A stretch of DNA of 64,000 nt, taken from positions 1 to 64,000 of IMG/VR virus record IMGVR_UViG_2548876809_000002; one strand, written 5' to 3'. Source of the DNA: a virus. Taxonomy: Duplodnaviria; Caudoviricetes. The notes beneath the pieces are model-generated. The model did not search any database and had not been told where the DNA came from. It was given only the letters and a program-made list of their open reading frames with translations. The stretch's first letter is position 1. Every line of letters starts with the position of its first letter. Below are positions 55,020 through 64,000 of the stretch, in pieces. A program made the translations under genes and the position numbers.

Positions 55020-55838
55020 GTGAGTAAGCGCCCTGCCTTTCAATTCTACCCAGCCGATTGGCGCACTGAGGCAGGTCTTCGCCTTTGCTCCATGCCCGCA
55101 CGCGGGCTGTGGATCGAGATGATGTGCCTCATGCACGATGCCGCACCCTACGGCCATCTTACTGCGCTCGGCCGTCCCATGACCGCCGAAGCAGTGGCCC
55201 GGTTGGTTGGTGAAGGCGTCGGCCCGGTCAAGAAGTGGCTTGCCGAACTAGAGGCGAACGAAGTCTTCTCGCGCAACGACGATGGCGTGATCTTCAGCCG
55301 CCGCATGGTCCGTGACGAAGAGGTTCGGCAGGCACGGGCCGCTGGCGGACCGGCTGGTGGAGAACATGGCCATAAGGGGGCTTCGCACGGCGCGAAGGGC
55401 GGTCGACCGCGCAAAGAAAAAGCCCCCTTATCCGACCCAGAAAGGGGGGTTATTTTACCCCCCCCTTCTTCTTCTCCTTCATCTCCATCTGCAGAAGAAG
55501 AAGAAGATTCAGTTGCTAACGCAACTGCCGAAAATCCGGTTGAGCCCCCTGAGCCAGTCAACCCCGAGAAGGTGATGTTCGACCAAGGCAAGCGACTGCT
55601 CGCAGAGGCCGGGATCGTGAACGGCAAGGCTGGCAGCCTCCTTGGGAAATGGAAGCGCGACCACGGTGCCGAAGCCGTGATCGTCGCCCTCGGCAAAGCC
55701 CAGCGCGAAGGCGCAATCGACCCCGTCAGTTTCATCGAAGGATGTTTCCGGAATGGCCCACAATCCCGACCTGCCCGCCAATCTCGCAACGGCTTCCTCG
55801 ATGCCATCATTGATGAGGAGCGCGCAGCCCGTGCTTGA
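55020..55838 (+). CDS. Replication initiator (lambda O-like; DUF1376/YdaU-type N-terminus)
   Basis: PAFQFYPADW...RGLWIEMMCLM; low-complexity linker with inverted repeats. Confidence 0.7.
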   Translation: MSKRPAFQFYPADWRTEAGLRLCSMPARGLWIEMMCLMHDAAPYGHLTALGRPMTAEAVARLVGEGVGPVKKWLAELEANEVFSRNDDGVIFSRRMVRDEEVRQARAAGGPAGGEHGHKGASHGAKGGRPRKEKAPLSDPERGVILPPPSSSPSSPSAEEEEDSVANATAENPVEPPEPVNPEKVMFDQGKRLLAEAGIVNGKAGSLLGKWKRDHGAEAVIVALGKAQREGAIDPVSFIEGCFRNGPQSRPARQSRNGFLDAIIDEERAARA

Positions 55839-56358
55839 TCGAGCGTTCGAACCTGGCGCGGTATTCAGCGCGGCCGATATCGCGGTCATCACACCTCTGG
55901 CGAATGCTATCGCCGAGCCGCAGGTGGCTGACACGAAGTTCATTCGTCAGTCGCTGGGCGGCTTAGCTGCGTCCTTGCCCAGCCAAGCGACCGACATCAT
56001 TCACGGCAACCTCAAGCTGGGCACGTACAAGGCGATGTTCGAAGGCTGCGACCCGCGTGCGCTGGCATACGCGGTGCGCCGCTGTCTGGACGAACTCGAC
56101 TGGATGCCGACCGTCCATCAGATCAAGGAGCGGATGGCGATCTGGATCAGCCCCGAGGAGGCGGCGATCCGACGTGCGCGCTTCATTCTCCGAACGGGGA
56201 AGCGCGACGAGCCCGAGCAGGACATCCCGATCACTGCTGCTCAGATCCGCGCCATGAAGCCCGAATTCCGCTCAATGGGTCTGGCGGCTGGCCATCTGAC
56301 ACAGGACGAGATTGACGCGGCACTGTCCGAGCCGGTCGAGCAGGCACAAGCCGCATGA
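55753..56358 (+). CDS. Replication accessory (helicase-loader-like)
   Basis: Follows the initiator; LDWMPTVHQI motif; start uncertain. Confidence 0.5.
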   Translation: MAHNPDLPANLATASSMPSLMRSAQPVLDRAFEPGAVFSAADIAVITPLANAIAEPQVADTKFIRQSLGGLAASLPSQATDIIHGNLKLGTYKAMFEGCDPRALAYAVRRCLDELDWMPTVHQIKERMAIWISPEEAAIRRARFILRTGKRDEPEQDIPITAAQIRAMKPEFRSMGLAAGHLTQDEIDAALSEPVEQAQAA

Positions 56359-56774
56359 TGCCGCTGGTCGTAACCGCGCTAATCAAGGCGGCCCCCTCCA
56401 TCCGGATCGAGGTCATGTCCCCGGCCCTCCGCAAGATCCACCTCGGCGATGATCGGGCTCTGCACCACTTCACGCGGGGCGACGACGGTGAGGAATACCA
56501 TTCGCACCCATGGTCATTCACCTCAGAGGTTCTGCACGGAGGCTATGCCGAAGACATCGTGGTCAGCCTTTACCCGTTCACCGTGCTGGAGAAACGCCGC
56601 CTGCCTGGTACCACGCACCAGGTTGAGGCGAACCACATCCACCGCATCACGCGATTGCTCGGCGAGGATTGCTGGACGCTAGTCATCGCGGGCCCGGCCG
56701 AGCGGGAGGTGCAGTTCTATCGGCATCGCGAGGGTGGCGTGCAGTCCCGGCGATGGGACGAGGCATGGCAATGA
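56355..56774 (+). CDS. Cupin-like protein (paralog of 45564-46040)
   Basis: ALHHF...YHSHPW...GGYAED...HIHRI. Confidence 0.65.
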   Translation: MMPLVVTALIKAAPSIRIEVMSPALRKIHLGDDRALHHFTRGDDGEEYHSHPWSFTSEVLHGGYAEDIVVSLYPFTVLEKRRLPGTTHQVEANHIHRITRLLGEDCWTLVIAGPAEREVQFYRHREGGVQSRRWDEAWQ

Positions 56775-57487
56775 CGGCAGTCAATTCACAGTCAGTATCA
56801 AGGTTCAAGGGGTGGGGTATGAGTAGGAAGGCAGCACGGCGCAGGGAAGATACGGATTGGTGCATCCTGCGCACCTCGGGAGGCCGGACGCTCAACCTAG
56901 CCCGCTCGCTCGCCGAGGCGGGCTTTGACGTTTGGACGCCCATTCGCACCATCAAGCGACCGCACGGCAAGCCAGACCAGAAGGGCCGGCGCAGCACGGT
57001 AGAGATTGATATGCCGATTTTGCCGACGTTCGTGTTTGCCCGTGCCGGTGGCCTCTCTGCTTTGGCGCATACCGCGGGCGATCCCGTACACCAGCATCCA
57101 CCGTTCTCGATTTTCTTACATGCTGGGCGCATCCCGCTGATCGGTGCCGCCTCAGTTGCTGGGTTGCAGGAAGAGGAACGGTTCGCCGCCGAACAGATAA
57201 CCGCGCTGCGTGACGCTGAGACGCGAGAGGAACAGCGCCGCATTCGTGGCGCCGCGCTGAAGACCAAACGCGAGCGGGAGAAAGCCTTGCGTGCGGAACG
57301 GCACGACTTCGCGATCGGCGCGGAGGTGTCCGTTGCCGATCAGCAGTCGTTGGCAGGGATGACCGGGGTGATAACGAGCAGCGATGGGCGCAGCGCGGTT
57401 GTCGCTTTCGGCGGTTCGCTGACTATGACGATTGAGGCTTGGCGTCTGTCGCCACATGATGTAAGCGCAGCTTTGATAGCCGCTTGA
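56771..57487 (+). CDS. NusG-family antiterminator (NGN + KOW)
   Basis: WCILRT...FDVWTP...PILPTFVF; GAEVSV...AGMTGVI KOW. Confidence 0.8.
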   Translation: MTAVNSQSVSRFKGWGMSRKAARRREDTDWCILRTSGGRTLNLARSLAEAGFDVWTPIRTIKRPHGKPDQKGRRSTVEIDMPILPTFVFARAGGLSALAHTAGDPVHQHPPFSIFLHAGRIPLIGAASVAGLQEEERFAAEQITALRDAETREEQRRIRGAALKTKREREKALRAERHDFAIGAEVSVADQQSLAGMTGVITSSDGRSAVVAFGGSLTMTIEAWRLSPHDVSAALIAA

Positions 57488-57715
57488 TCGGCACCTGGCG
57501 CAGATGATCTTGAGCTTGTTCTCATGCGCACGCCAACCCCGCGAGAGCCAGCGCTCAGACGGTTGTCCTACGGCATGACGATAATGCAATTCATAGTTCG
57601 GTTGGCTGACTGTTCCCTCCCTGGCGGTCAGCACACCCCCTCACCGACGCGCGCGACGCGAGACATAGGCGATCAGGCATAGCCTTGATCGGCCGACTGA
57701 TGGTGAGGAAAGACA

Positions 57716-58078
57716 ATGGCCAAGCTCAAGACGCTGCCCAGTCGCCTCGGTTCACTGAGCCCGACGCGCGGCCACCTGCCAGCGCCTGAGCGGAAGCCCG
57801 AAGCCGAACGCAAGGTGTTCTCGCCTTGGCGAGCTTGGTACAACACGACGCGCTGGCGTCGCCTGCGCTGGGCGCAGCTGGTCAAGGACCGCTTCACCTG
57901 CACCCGGTGCGGGAAGCTTGAAGGCGACACCGCCAAGCTGGTCTGCGACCACGTCACTCCACACCGCGGCAGCGCGGACCTGTTCTGGGACGAGTGCAAC
58001 CTGACTACGCTCTGCAAGCCGTGCCACGATAGCGCCAAGCAACGCGAGGAGCAGACCCAAGGTATGCGCGGAGCGTGA
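57716..58078 (+). CDS. HNH endonuclease (terminase-associated)
   Basis: CTRCG...CDHVTPHRG...NLTTLCKPCH. Confidence 0.9.
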   Translation: MAKLKTLPSRLGSLSPTRGHLPAPERKPEAERKVFSPWRAWYNTTRWRRLRWAQLVKDRFTCTRCGKLEGDTAKLVCDHVTPHRGSADLFWDECNLTTLCKPCHDSAKQREEQTQGMRGA

Positions 58079-58172
58079 CGTGCCCTGCAGCGCGCTGGCG
58101 GGCTTCCTGCGAGGCCTGACGCGGCACCAGACCGGGGGGGGTGGGTCGGACTTCGGGGCGGGTCGACGCCTT

Positions 58173-58188
58173 AGACCGGTAATGCTCT
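58173..58188 (+). other. Candidate HK97-type cos site
   Basis: AGA-CCGGTAATGC-TCT dyad between a G-tract and an A-tract, between HNH and terS. Confidence 0.4.
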
Positions 58189-58251
58189 CACGCAGAGAAA
58201 AAACTCCTCTGGAGCGATCCGGGGTGCGACTAGGCCGCGGGAACCGATGCG

Positions 58252-58821
58252 ATGAAGACTTCCCGCCCAACTGTCGACTGGCCAAGAATTGAACTCGAAT
58301 ACTGTGCCAACGAAGATTCCATTCGAGAAATAGCCGACCGGCATGCAATTTCTGACACGGCTATTCGTAAGCGCGCCAAGGCCGAAAAGTGGGTTCGATT
58401 GGTTCGCACCCCGCCAAGTGCGAACCAGTGCGAACCTGAGCTAACCGCACCGCCTCCCCGGCCTGTTGACCCATCTGAACCAGTCGACCCGGTCGCGATC
58501 GCGGATGGGGGGCGCGGCTTGGTCTGGCGTATGCTCGACGAGCTCGATGCCACCACGACACGGCGCGGCGAGCTCGAAGACATGATCATCGCAGCGACCG
58601 ACGGCGACGACGATACGGCCCGGCGGGAATCGATGATGCGCGCGGTCAGCCTGAGCAGCCGCGCCAACAATCTCAAGACGCTCGCGCTGGCGTTCAAGAC
58701 GCTGAACGAAGCATCAGCGCCGCAAGGCAAGAAGGCCGCGGCGCAAGAGCGTGCCACCCAGATCGGGGGCAGTTCCCGGTTCGGATCTATCGGCCCACCG
58801 AAGCTGAAGGCAGTCCAGTAG
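58252..58821 (+). CDS. terS: Terminase small subunit
   Basis: N-terminal HTH (SIREIADRHAISDTAIRKRAK); AAAQERA C-terminus; position. Confidence 0.75.
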   Translation: MKTSRPTVDWPRIELEYCANEDSIREIADRHAISDTAIRKRAKAEKWVRLVRTPPSANQCEPELTAPPPRPVDPSEPVDPVAIADGGRGLVWRMLDELDATTTRRGELEDMIIAATDGDDDTARRESMMRAVSLSSRANNLKTLALAFKTLNEASAPQGKKAAAQERATQIGGSSRFGSIGPPKLKAVQ

Positions 58822-58822
58822 C

Positions 58823-60508
58823 GTGGTGACCTGGTCGACCGCGAACCTCGACTGGAAGCGCAACATCCGTGAGCGGCGATCGCTGATCCCGTTTGCTCCG
58901 CTGTTCCCGGCATCGGCTGATGCCAAGATGGCGGTGTTCACGTCGCTGAAGATCGTCGACATACCGGGTCGCCCGACGTTCGGCGAGGCATCGGACCAGT
59001 GGCTGCTCGACTTCGTGGCGGCGATCTTCGGCGCATACGACCCCGAGACCGGGCAGCAGATGATCCGGGAGTTCCTGCTCCTAATCTCGAAGAAGAATAC
59101 GAAATCGACGCTAGCCGCGGGGATCATGCTAACCGAGCTTATCTGCGGCTGGCGCGAGGAAGATGAGAACCTGATCCTCGCGCCGACGATCGAGGTCGCG
59201 GGCAATAGTTCGAAGCCGGCGTTCGCGATGATCCGCGCCGACGAAGAGCTTGTCGAGCTTCTGCATATCCAGGAGCACATCCGGCTGATCACGCATCGGG
59301 TGACGAAAGCGACCCTGAAGGTGGTTGCGGCGGACAGCGCTACGGTTTCGGGCAAGAAGGCCAGCCGGGTCCTAGTCGACGAGCTTTGGTTATTCGGCAA
59401 GAAGTCGACGGCGGACTCAATGCTTCGCGAAGCGACCGGCGGGCAAGTGTCACGGCCGGAGGGATACACCCTCTACCTGACGACGCAGTCAGACGAGCCG
59501 CCCGCTGGGGTGTTCAAGGAGAAGCTGGCCTATTTCCGCGACGTCCGCGACGGCGTCATCAACGACCCGGAGAGTCTGCCGGTTCTGTACGAGTTCCCCG
59601 ACGAGATGGTCGCCGCGGGCGAGCATCTCGATCCTGCCAACTTCTACGTCACCAACCCAAATCTTGGCCTTTCGGTCAGCCAGAAGTGGCTTGAGAGCGA
59701 GTTCCGCAAGGTCGAGAACGCCGAGGACGGCACGAAGCAGGTCTTTTACGCGAAGCATTTGAATGTCGAGATCGGCGTCGGTCTTCGCCACGATGCTTGG
59801 GTGGGCGCTCTCTACTGGCAGGCGGCGCGCGCGGCGCCGGAAGTCTGGGACGGCACGCTCGACCAGTTCCTTGCAATCGTCGAGGTAGTGGTCGCCGGCG
59901 GCGACGGCGGCGGGCTCGACGATCTGATGGGGCTGGCGCTCCTCGGGCGGCACAAGGTCACCAAGCAGTGACTGCTCTGGTGCCGGGCGTGGGCGCAGCA
60001 AGACGTTTTCGACCGGCGCAAAGACATCGTTTCCAACCTCAACGACTTCGCGGCCGAGGGGTCGCTGGTCAAATGCCTGACGCCGACGCAGGACCTGATT
60101 GAGGTCGCCGACCTGCTCGAGCGGGTGAAGGATCTCGGGCTGTTCCCGGAACAGGCGGCAATCGGCCTTGATCCGCAGGGCATTACCTCGCTGGTCGACG
60201 AACTGACCGGTCGCGGCTTCACGATCGACCAGATTCCGGCGATCAGCCAAGGCTTTCGGCTTTCAGGGGCGGTCTGGGGCACCGAGCGAAAGCTGAAGGA
60301 CGGCACACTGATTCACGCCGGTCAGGCGCTGATGGCCTGGTGTGCGGGCAACGCGAAGGCAGAGCAGCGCGGGAACGCCGTTCTGATCACCAAGCAAATC
60401 GCCGGCAAGGCGAAGATCGATCCGCTCATCGCCGCCTTCAACGCGGTGGTGCTCATGTCCCGCAATCCGGAAGCAGCCGGTGCGGGGCCGCAATTCATGT
60501 TCATCTGA
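58823..60508 (+). pseudogene. terL: Terminase large subunit with in-frame TGA at 59969-59971
   Basis: KKNTKS Walker A, VLVDELW Walker B, GGDGGGLDD nuclease; HKVTKQ*LLWCRAW continues in frame to KIDPLIA. Confidence 0.88.
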
Positions 60509-60518
60509 AAGGCACCCC

Positions 60519-61139
60519 ATGGACAACAGGGCATACAGCGTCCTTGCGATCAAGGCGGTCAACGAAGACGCCCGCACGATCGAAGGCATCGCGACTACGC
60601 CGACCGTCGACCGTGTCGGCGACATCATCGAGCCGTTGGGGGTCAAGTTCACCAACCCCATGCCGTTCCTGTGGCAGCACAACCACGACCAGCCGGTCGG
60701 TACGTGTGAATTCGGTCAGCCGACTGCGAACGGTATCCCGTTCAAGGCGAAGGTTGCCAAGACCGACGAGCCCGGCCTCCTCAAGGATCTGCTCGACCTC
60801 GCTTGGCAGTCGATTAAGCTCGGCCTCGTTCGCGCGACCAGCATCGGCTTTCGGCCGATCGAATACGCCTACATGGAAGCCGGCGGCATCCGCTTTACGG
60901 AAGTGGAGGTGTTCGAGCTTTCCGCGGTCACCATCCCGGCCAATGCCGACGCCATCATCACCGCCATCAAGTCGATCGATACCGGACTGCGGCATGCGGC
61001 TGGCATCCCCGACCCAGAGATTCCTGCAAACCCCGAACGTGCCGCGTCAGGCAAGAGCGTCCGGGTCGTCAAGCTGGAGAACCCTGCCCGCGATCGGGCT
61101 CCCCCTGTTGTGATCCGCGAAATCAAGCGGCTCGCCTGA
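60519..61139 (+). CDS. HK97-family prohead protease
   Basis: EGIATTP..DRVGD, LWQHNHDQPVG, SIGF, ELSAVTIPAN. Confidence 0.92.
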   Translation: MDNRAYSVLAIKAVNEDARTIEGIATTPTVDRVGDIIEPLGVKFTNPMPFLWQHNHDQPVGTCEFGQPTANGIPFKAKVAKTDEPGLLKDLLDLAWQSIKLGLVRATSIGFRPIEYAYMEAGGIRFTEVEVFELSAVTIPANADAIITAIKSIDTGLRHAAGIPDPEIPANPERAASGKSVRVVKLENPARDRAPPVVIREIKRLA

Positions 61140-61156
61140 TCAAAGGACGATAGACG

Positions 61157-62551
61157 ATGAACTATGCTGCGCAGATTGGCGCATTCGAGACCAAGCGCGC
61201 CGCGCTGGTCGCCGCCAACGACACCATCATGGAAAAGGCCGCGACCGATGGGGCAACCCTCGACGCTGCCCAGACCGAAGAATTCGACGGCAACCAAGCC
61301 GATATCGAAGCGATCGACAGCCACCTGAAGCGCCTCAAGCAGGCCGAGAAGTCGGCTGGCGAGAAGGCCACCCCGGTCGCTGGCGGCAGCGCTGCCGATG
61401 CCGGGACGACCCGCGGCGGTTCGCGGATCGAAATCAAGGGCCACAACCTGCCCAAGGGTACTGCCTTCACGCGCTACGCGATGGCGCTCGCGCGCTCGAA
61501 GGGCAACCTGATGCAGGCCGCCGAAATCGCCAAGACCTGGCGCGACAGCACACCGGAAGTCGAGAACGTGCTCAAGGCTGCCGTCTCGGCGGGCACCACC
61601 ACTGACACGGCCTGGGCAAAGCCGTTGGTCGAATATCAGAACATGACCAGCGAGTTCGCCGAGCTGCTTCGTCCGGCGACGATCATCGGCCGCATTCAGG
61701 GCCTTCGCCGCGTTCCGTTCGAGATCAAGATCCCGCGTCAGACCGGCGGTTCGTCGGTCGGATGGGTCGGTGAAGGCAAGCCGAAGCCGGTCAGCGCGCT
61801 CGCGTTCGACCAGATCCGCCTCGGCCGCGCGAAGACCGCAGGCATCGTCGTGATCACCGACGAACTCGCGCGGGCATCCTCGCCCTCGGCCGAGCAGGTG
61901 GTGAAGGACGATCTGGTCAGCCAGACCGCGCAGTTCCTCGACCAGCAGTTCGTCGACCCGACGAAGGCAGCAGTGCAGGACGTTTCGCCGGCGTCGATCA
62001 CCAATGGGGTTACCCCCGTCGTGGCGTCGGGTGTTGATGCAGACGCCGTCCGGCACGACGCCAAGCTACTGATGAGCAAGTTCCTGGGCGCCAACCTGTC
62101 GCTGGCAGGCGCGGTCTGGATCATGACCGAGATGCAGGCACTCGGCCTCGCGCTGATGACCAATCCGCTTGGCAACCCTGAGTTCCCGGGCATGGTCATC
62201 AACGGCGCCAGCGGCGGCACCTTCATGGGCCTGCCCGTCGTCTTGTCGGAGAACGTGCCCGTCAATGCGGGCACGGGTACCCCCGTCACCGGTGCCGGTT
62301 CGCGGATCATCCTCGCCAAGGCGAACGAGATCCTGCTCGCCGACGACGGTGAGACCATGCTCGACGTTAGCAGCGAGGCATCGCTGCAGATGGAAAGCGC
62401 GCCGGATGCTCCGGCGACTGCGAACACTGTCCTTCTGTCGCTCTGGCAGAACAACATGATCGGCATCCGCGCCGAGCGCTACATCAACTGGGGCAAGCGC
62501 CGCCCCGGTGCGGTGCAGTTCATCGACAGCGCCAACTACGGCGGCGGCTGA
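61157..62551 (+). CDS. Major capsid protein, HK97 fold
   Basis: Coiled-coil delta domain; WVGEGKPKP, GLPVVLS, WQNNMIGIRAER. Confidence 0.93.
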   Translation: MNYAAQIGAFETKRAALVAANDTIMEKAATDGATLDAAQTEEFDGNQADIEAIDSHLKRLKQAEKSAGEKATPVAGGSAADAGTTRGGSRIEIKGHNLPKGTAFTRYAMALARSKGNLMQAAEIAKTWRDSTPEVENVLKAAVSAGTTTDTAWAKPLVEYQNMTSEFAELLRPATIIGRIQGLRRVPFEIKIPRQTGGSSVGWVGEGKPKPVSALAFDQIRLGRAKTAGIVVITDELARASSPSAEQVVKDDLVSQTAQFLDQQFVDPTKAAVQDVSPASITNGVTPVVASGVDADAVRHDAKLLMSKFLGANLSLAGAVWIMTEMQALGLALMTNPLGNPEFPGMVINGASGGTFMGLPVVLSENVPVNAGTGTPVTGAGSRIILAKANEILLADDGETMLDVSSEASLQMESAPDAPATANTVLLSLWQNNMIGIRAERYINWGKRRPGAVQFIDSANYGGG

Positions 62552-62566
62552 GTCCATGTAGCTCCC

Positions 62567-62594
62567 GCCCGGACGCTTACCGCGCCCGGGCGGG
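62567..62594 (+). terminator. GC-rich hairpin after the capsid gene
   Basis: CCCGCCCGG...CCCGGGCGGG inverted repeat. Confidence 0.45.
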
Positions 62595-62620
62595 CCACGC
62601 CGTTCTTGAAAGGATAGGCG

Positions 62621-62887
62621 ATGAAGCACCAAGCATATTTCACTCGAGCCCTGAAGGCGAACGACCCGCGCTATGCCCGGGTATTCGGCAAGCTCGGCTA
62701 CGACCGCGCCGACATCGTCTCGGACGACGCGGCAACCATGGAGCCTACCGGCACCGGCGGCGCTGGGGATGATCTGGAACAACTGCGCGCGAAATATCAG
62801 GCAGCCGTCGGCAAGAAGCCGTATCACGGCTGGGACGCCGCGGTTCTGCGCGAGAAGATCGTCGAAGCCAAAGGCCCGCAGGCCTGA
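62621..62887 (+). CDS. Small head-associated protein
   Basis: LEQLRAKYQAAVGKKPYHGWDAAVLREKI motif; AGG RBS. Confidence 0.65.
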   Translation: MKHQAYFTRALKANDPRYARVFGKLGYDRADIVSDDAATMEPTGTGGAGDDLEQLRAKYQAAVGKKPYHGWDAAVLREKIVEAKGPQA

Positions 62888-64000
62888 TGCGCTTCCTCGG
62901 CTTTGACTTCGGACGGACCAAGTCCGTCAGCCCGGTCGACGACCGGCGCGGCTGGTTCGGCATCGTCCGAGAGAGCTTCGCCGGCGCTTGGCAAGAGAAC
63001 GTCGAAGTCAAAGTCGAGAGCGTACTGGCCTATCACGCCGTGTTCGCGTGCATGACGCTGATCGCGTCCGATATTTCCAAGCTACGGGTGAAGCTCGTTG
63101 CGCAGTCCGCGACCGGCATCTGGTCGGAGACGACGCGCGCTTCCTACTCGCCGGTTCTGCGCAAGCCGAACCCGTTTCAGACCCGCATCCAGTTCTGGGA
63201 AAGCTATTTCCTGTCGAAGCTGGCGCGCGGCAACACGTACGTCCTCAAGCGGCGCGACGGGCGCGGCATCGTAACCGCACTGTATGTCCTCGACCCGAAC
63301 CGCGTGAAGGTACTCGTCAGCGACGAGGGAGAAGTGTTTTATGAACTCCAGGCGGACAATCTCGCCGGGTTCACCGGAGCGATCGCCGTCCCTGCGCGCG
63401 AGATCATCCACGACCGGTTCAACTGCCTGTTTCACCCCCTCGTCGGACTCTCGCCGCTGTTCGCAAACGGCTTGGCCGCAACGCAGGGCCTAAAGATCCA
63501 GAACAACTCGGCGAACTTTTTCGGCAACCAGTCCCGCCCTGGCGGCATCCTCGTCGCACCCGGGAACATCGGGAAGGATACCGCCGACGAGCTCAAGGAC
63601 AATTGGCACGTCAACTACAGCGGCAAGAACGCCGGGAAGGTCGCCGTCCTTGGCAACGGAATGAAGTATGAATCGATCGCGGTGACGCCGAGCGATGCCA
63701 AACTGATCGAGCAGCTGAAGTGGACGTCCGAGGTGGTCTGCTCGACCTTCCACGTTCCTCCGTACAAGCTCGGCATCGGCAATCTGCCGACGAACAGCAA
63801 TGTCGAAAGCCTGAACCTCGAATATTATACCCAGGCGCTGCAATCGCTGATTGAAGCCGCTGAGCTTTGCTTGGATGATGGCCTTGGCATCGGCGAAGGC
63901 TTCGGCATCGGAACGGAATTCGATCTCGACGGCCTGTTGCGCATGGATACGGCTGCGCTCGTAGAGGCCGAGTCCAAAGCGACCGGCGCCGGCATTAAGA
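62887..64000 (+). CDS. HK97-family portal protein (3' partial)
   Basis: ATG 62887; AVFACMTLIASDISKL, PNPFQT, VGLSP, DPNRV; runs off the window. Confidence 0.9.
   Translation, partial: MRFLGFDFGRTKSVSPVDDRRGWFGIVRESFAGAWQENVEVKVESVLAYHAVFACMTLIASDISKLRVKLVAQSATGIWSETTRASYSPVLRKPNPFQTRIQFWESYFLSKLARGNTYVLKRRDGRGIVTALYVLDPNRVKVLVSDEGEVFYELQADNLAGFTGAIAVPAREIIHDRFNCLFHPLVGLSPLFANGLAATQGLKIQNNSANFFGNQSRPGGILVAPGNIGKDTADELKDNWHVNYSGKNAGKVAVLGNGMKYESIAVTPSDAKLIEQLKWTSEVVCSTFHVPPYKLGIGNLPTNSNVESLNLEYYTQALQSLIEAAELCLDDGLGIGEGFGIGTEFDLDGLLRMDTAALVEAESKATGAGIK

Larger units (their letters stand above)
40546..64000. mobile_element. Prophage B, HK97-like (right part outside window)
   Basis: int-early-left-cI/cro-replication-NusG-HNH-terminase-protease-capsid-portal. 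Confidence 0.93.

Noticed and set aside
7345-59971. Genome-wide TGA=Trp recoding
   Set aside because: Dozens of genes end in TGA with ATGA/TGATG coupling, and no suppressor tRNA or release factor is visible
60869-62827. Minus-strand ORFs of 395 and 253 aa
   Set aside because: Shadows of the capsid/protease genes

Overview
Two unrelated temperate-phage genomes lie back to back in a high-GC alphaproteobacterium (GapR/DUF2312 domain and GTTC-N7-GTTC LexA boxes; Sphingomonas-like by inference). Prophage A (<1-~40,545; left end outside the window) is a lambda/Gifsy-2-like cos siphovirus. It has int/xis, cI/cro with five TGCG-N5-CGCA operators, a DnaG-SF3 helicase fusion with iterons, a cosQ/cosN-like site, gpA terminase, lambda-type portal, a ClpP-capsid fusion, a tail with a -1 frameshift chaperone, a lysis cassette, a large FN3/glycosidase-like protein and an acyltransferase moron. 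Prophage B (~40,546->64,000; truncated by the window) is HK97-like. It has int, an early-left operon with DUF1643, MazG, a PAPS-reductase-like enzyme and a cupin, then cI/cro, a DNA methyltransferase, a GapR-FtsK-gamma fusion with an AAA ATPase, a NusG-like antiterminator, HNH, terminase, protease, capsid and portal. The two integrases converge on the 5' half of a tRNA-Val(TAC). Eight apparent 1-bp deletions hit A's left end (seven clustered at 5.5-7.9 kb; probably assembly error), and single in-frame TGA codons at expected-Trp positions interrupt A's endolysin and B's terminase. The most unusual signals are: (i) anti-Shine-Dalgarno hairpins, dependent on the transcription start, in both pL leaders; (ii) a 20-28-nt gene-start repeat shared across both phages, plus a repeat-delimited modular protein; (iii) a LexA-boxed small gene converging on cI; (iv) a GapR-FtsK-gamma-RMF-like fusion; (v) tandem integration that leaves a 5' tRNA half. 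Family assignments come from motif recognition only; no database searches were run.
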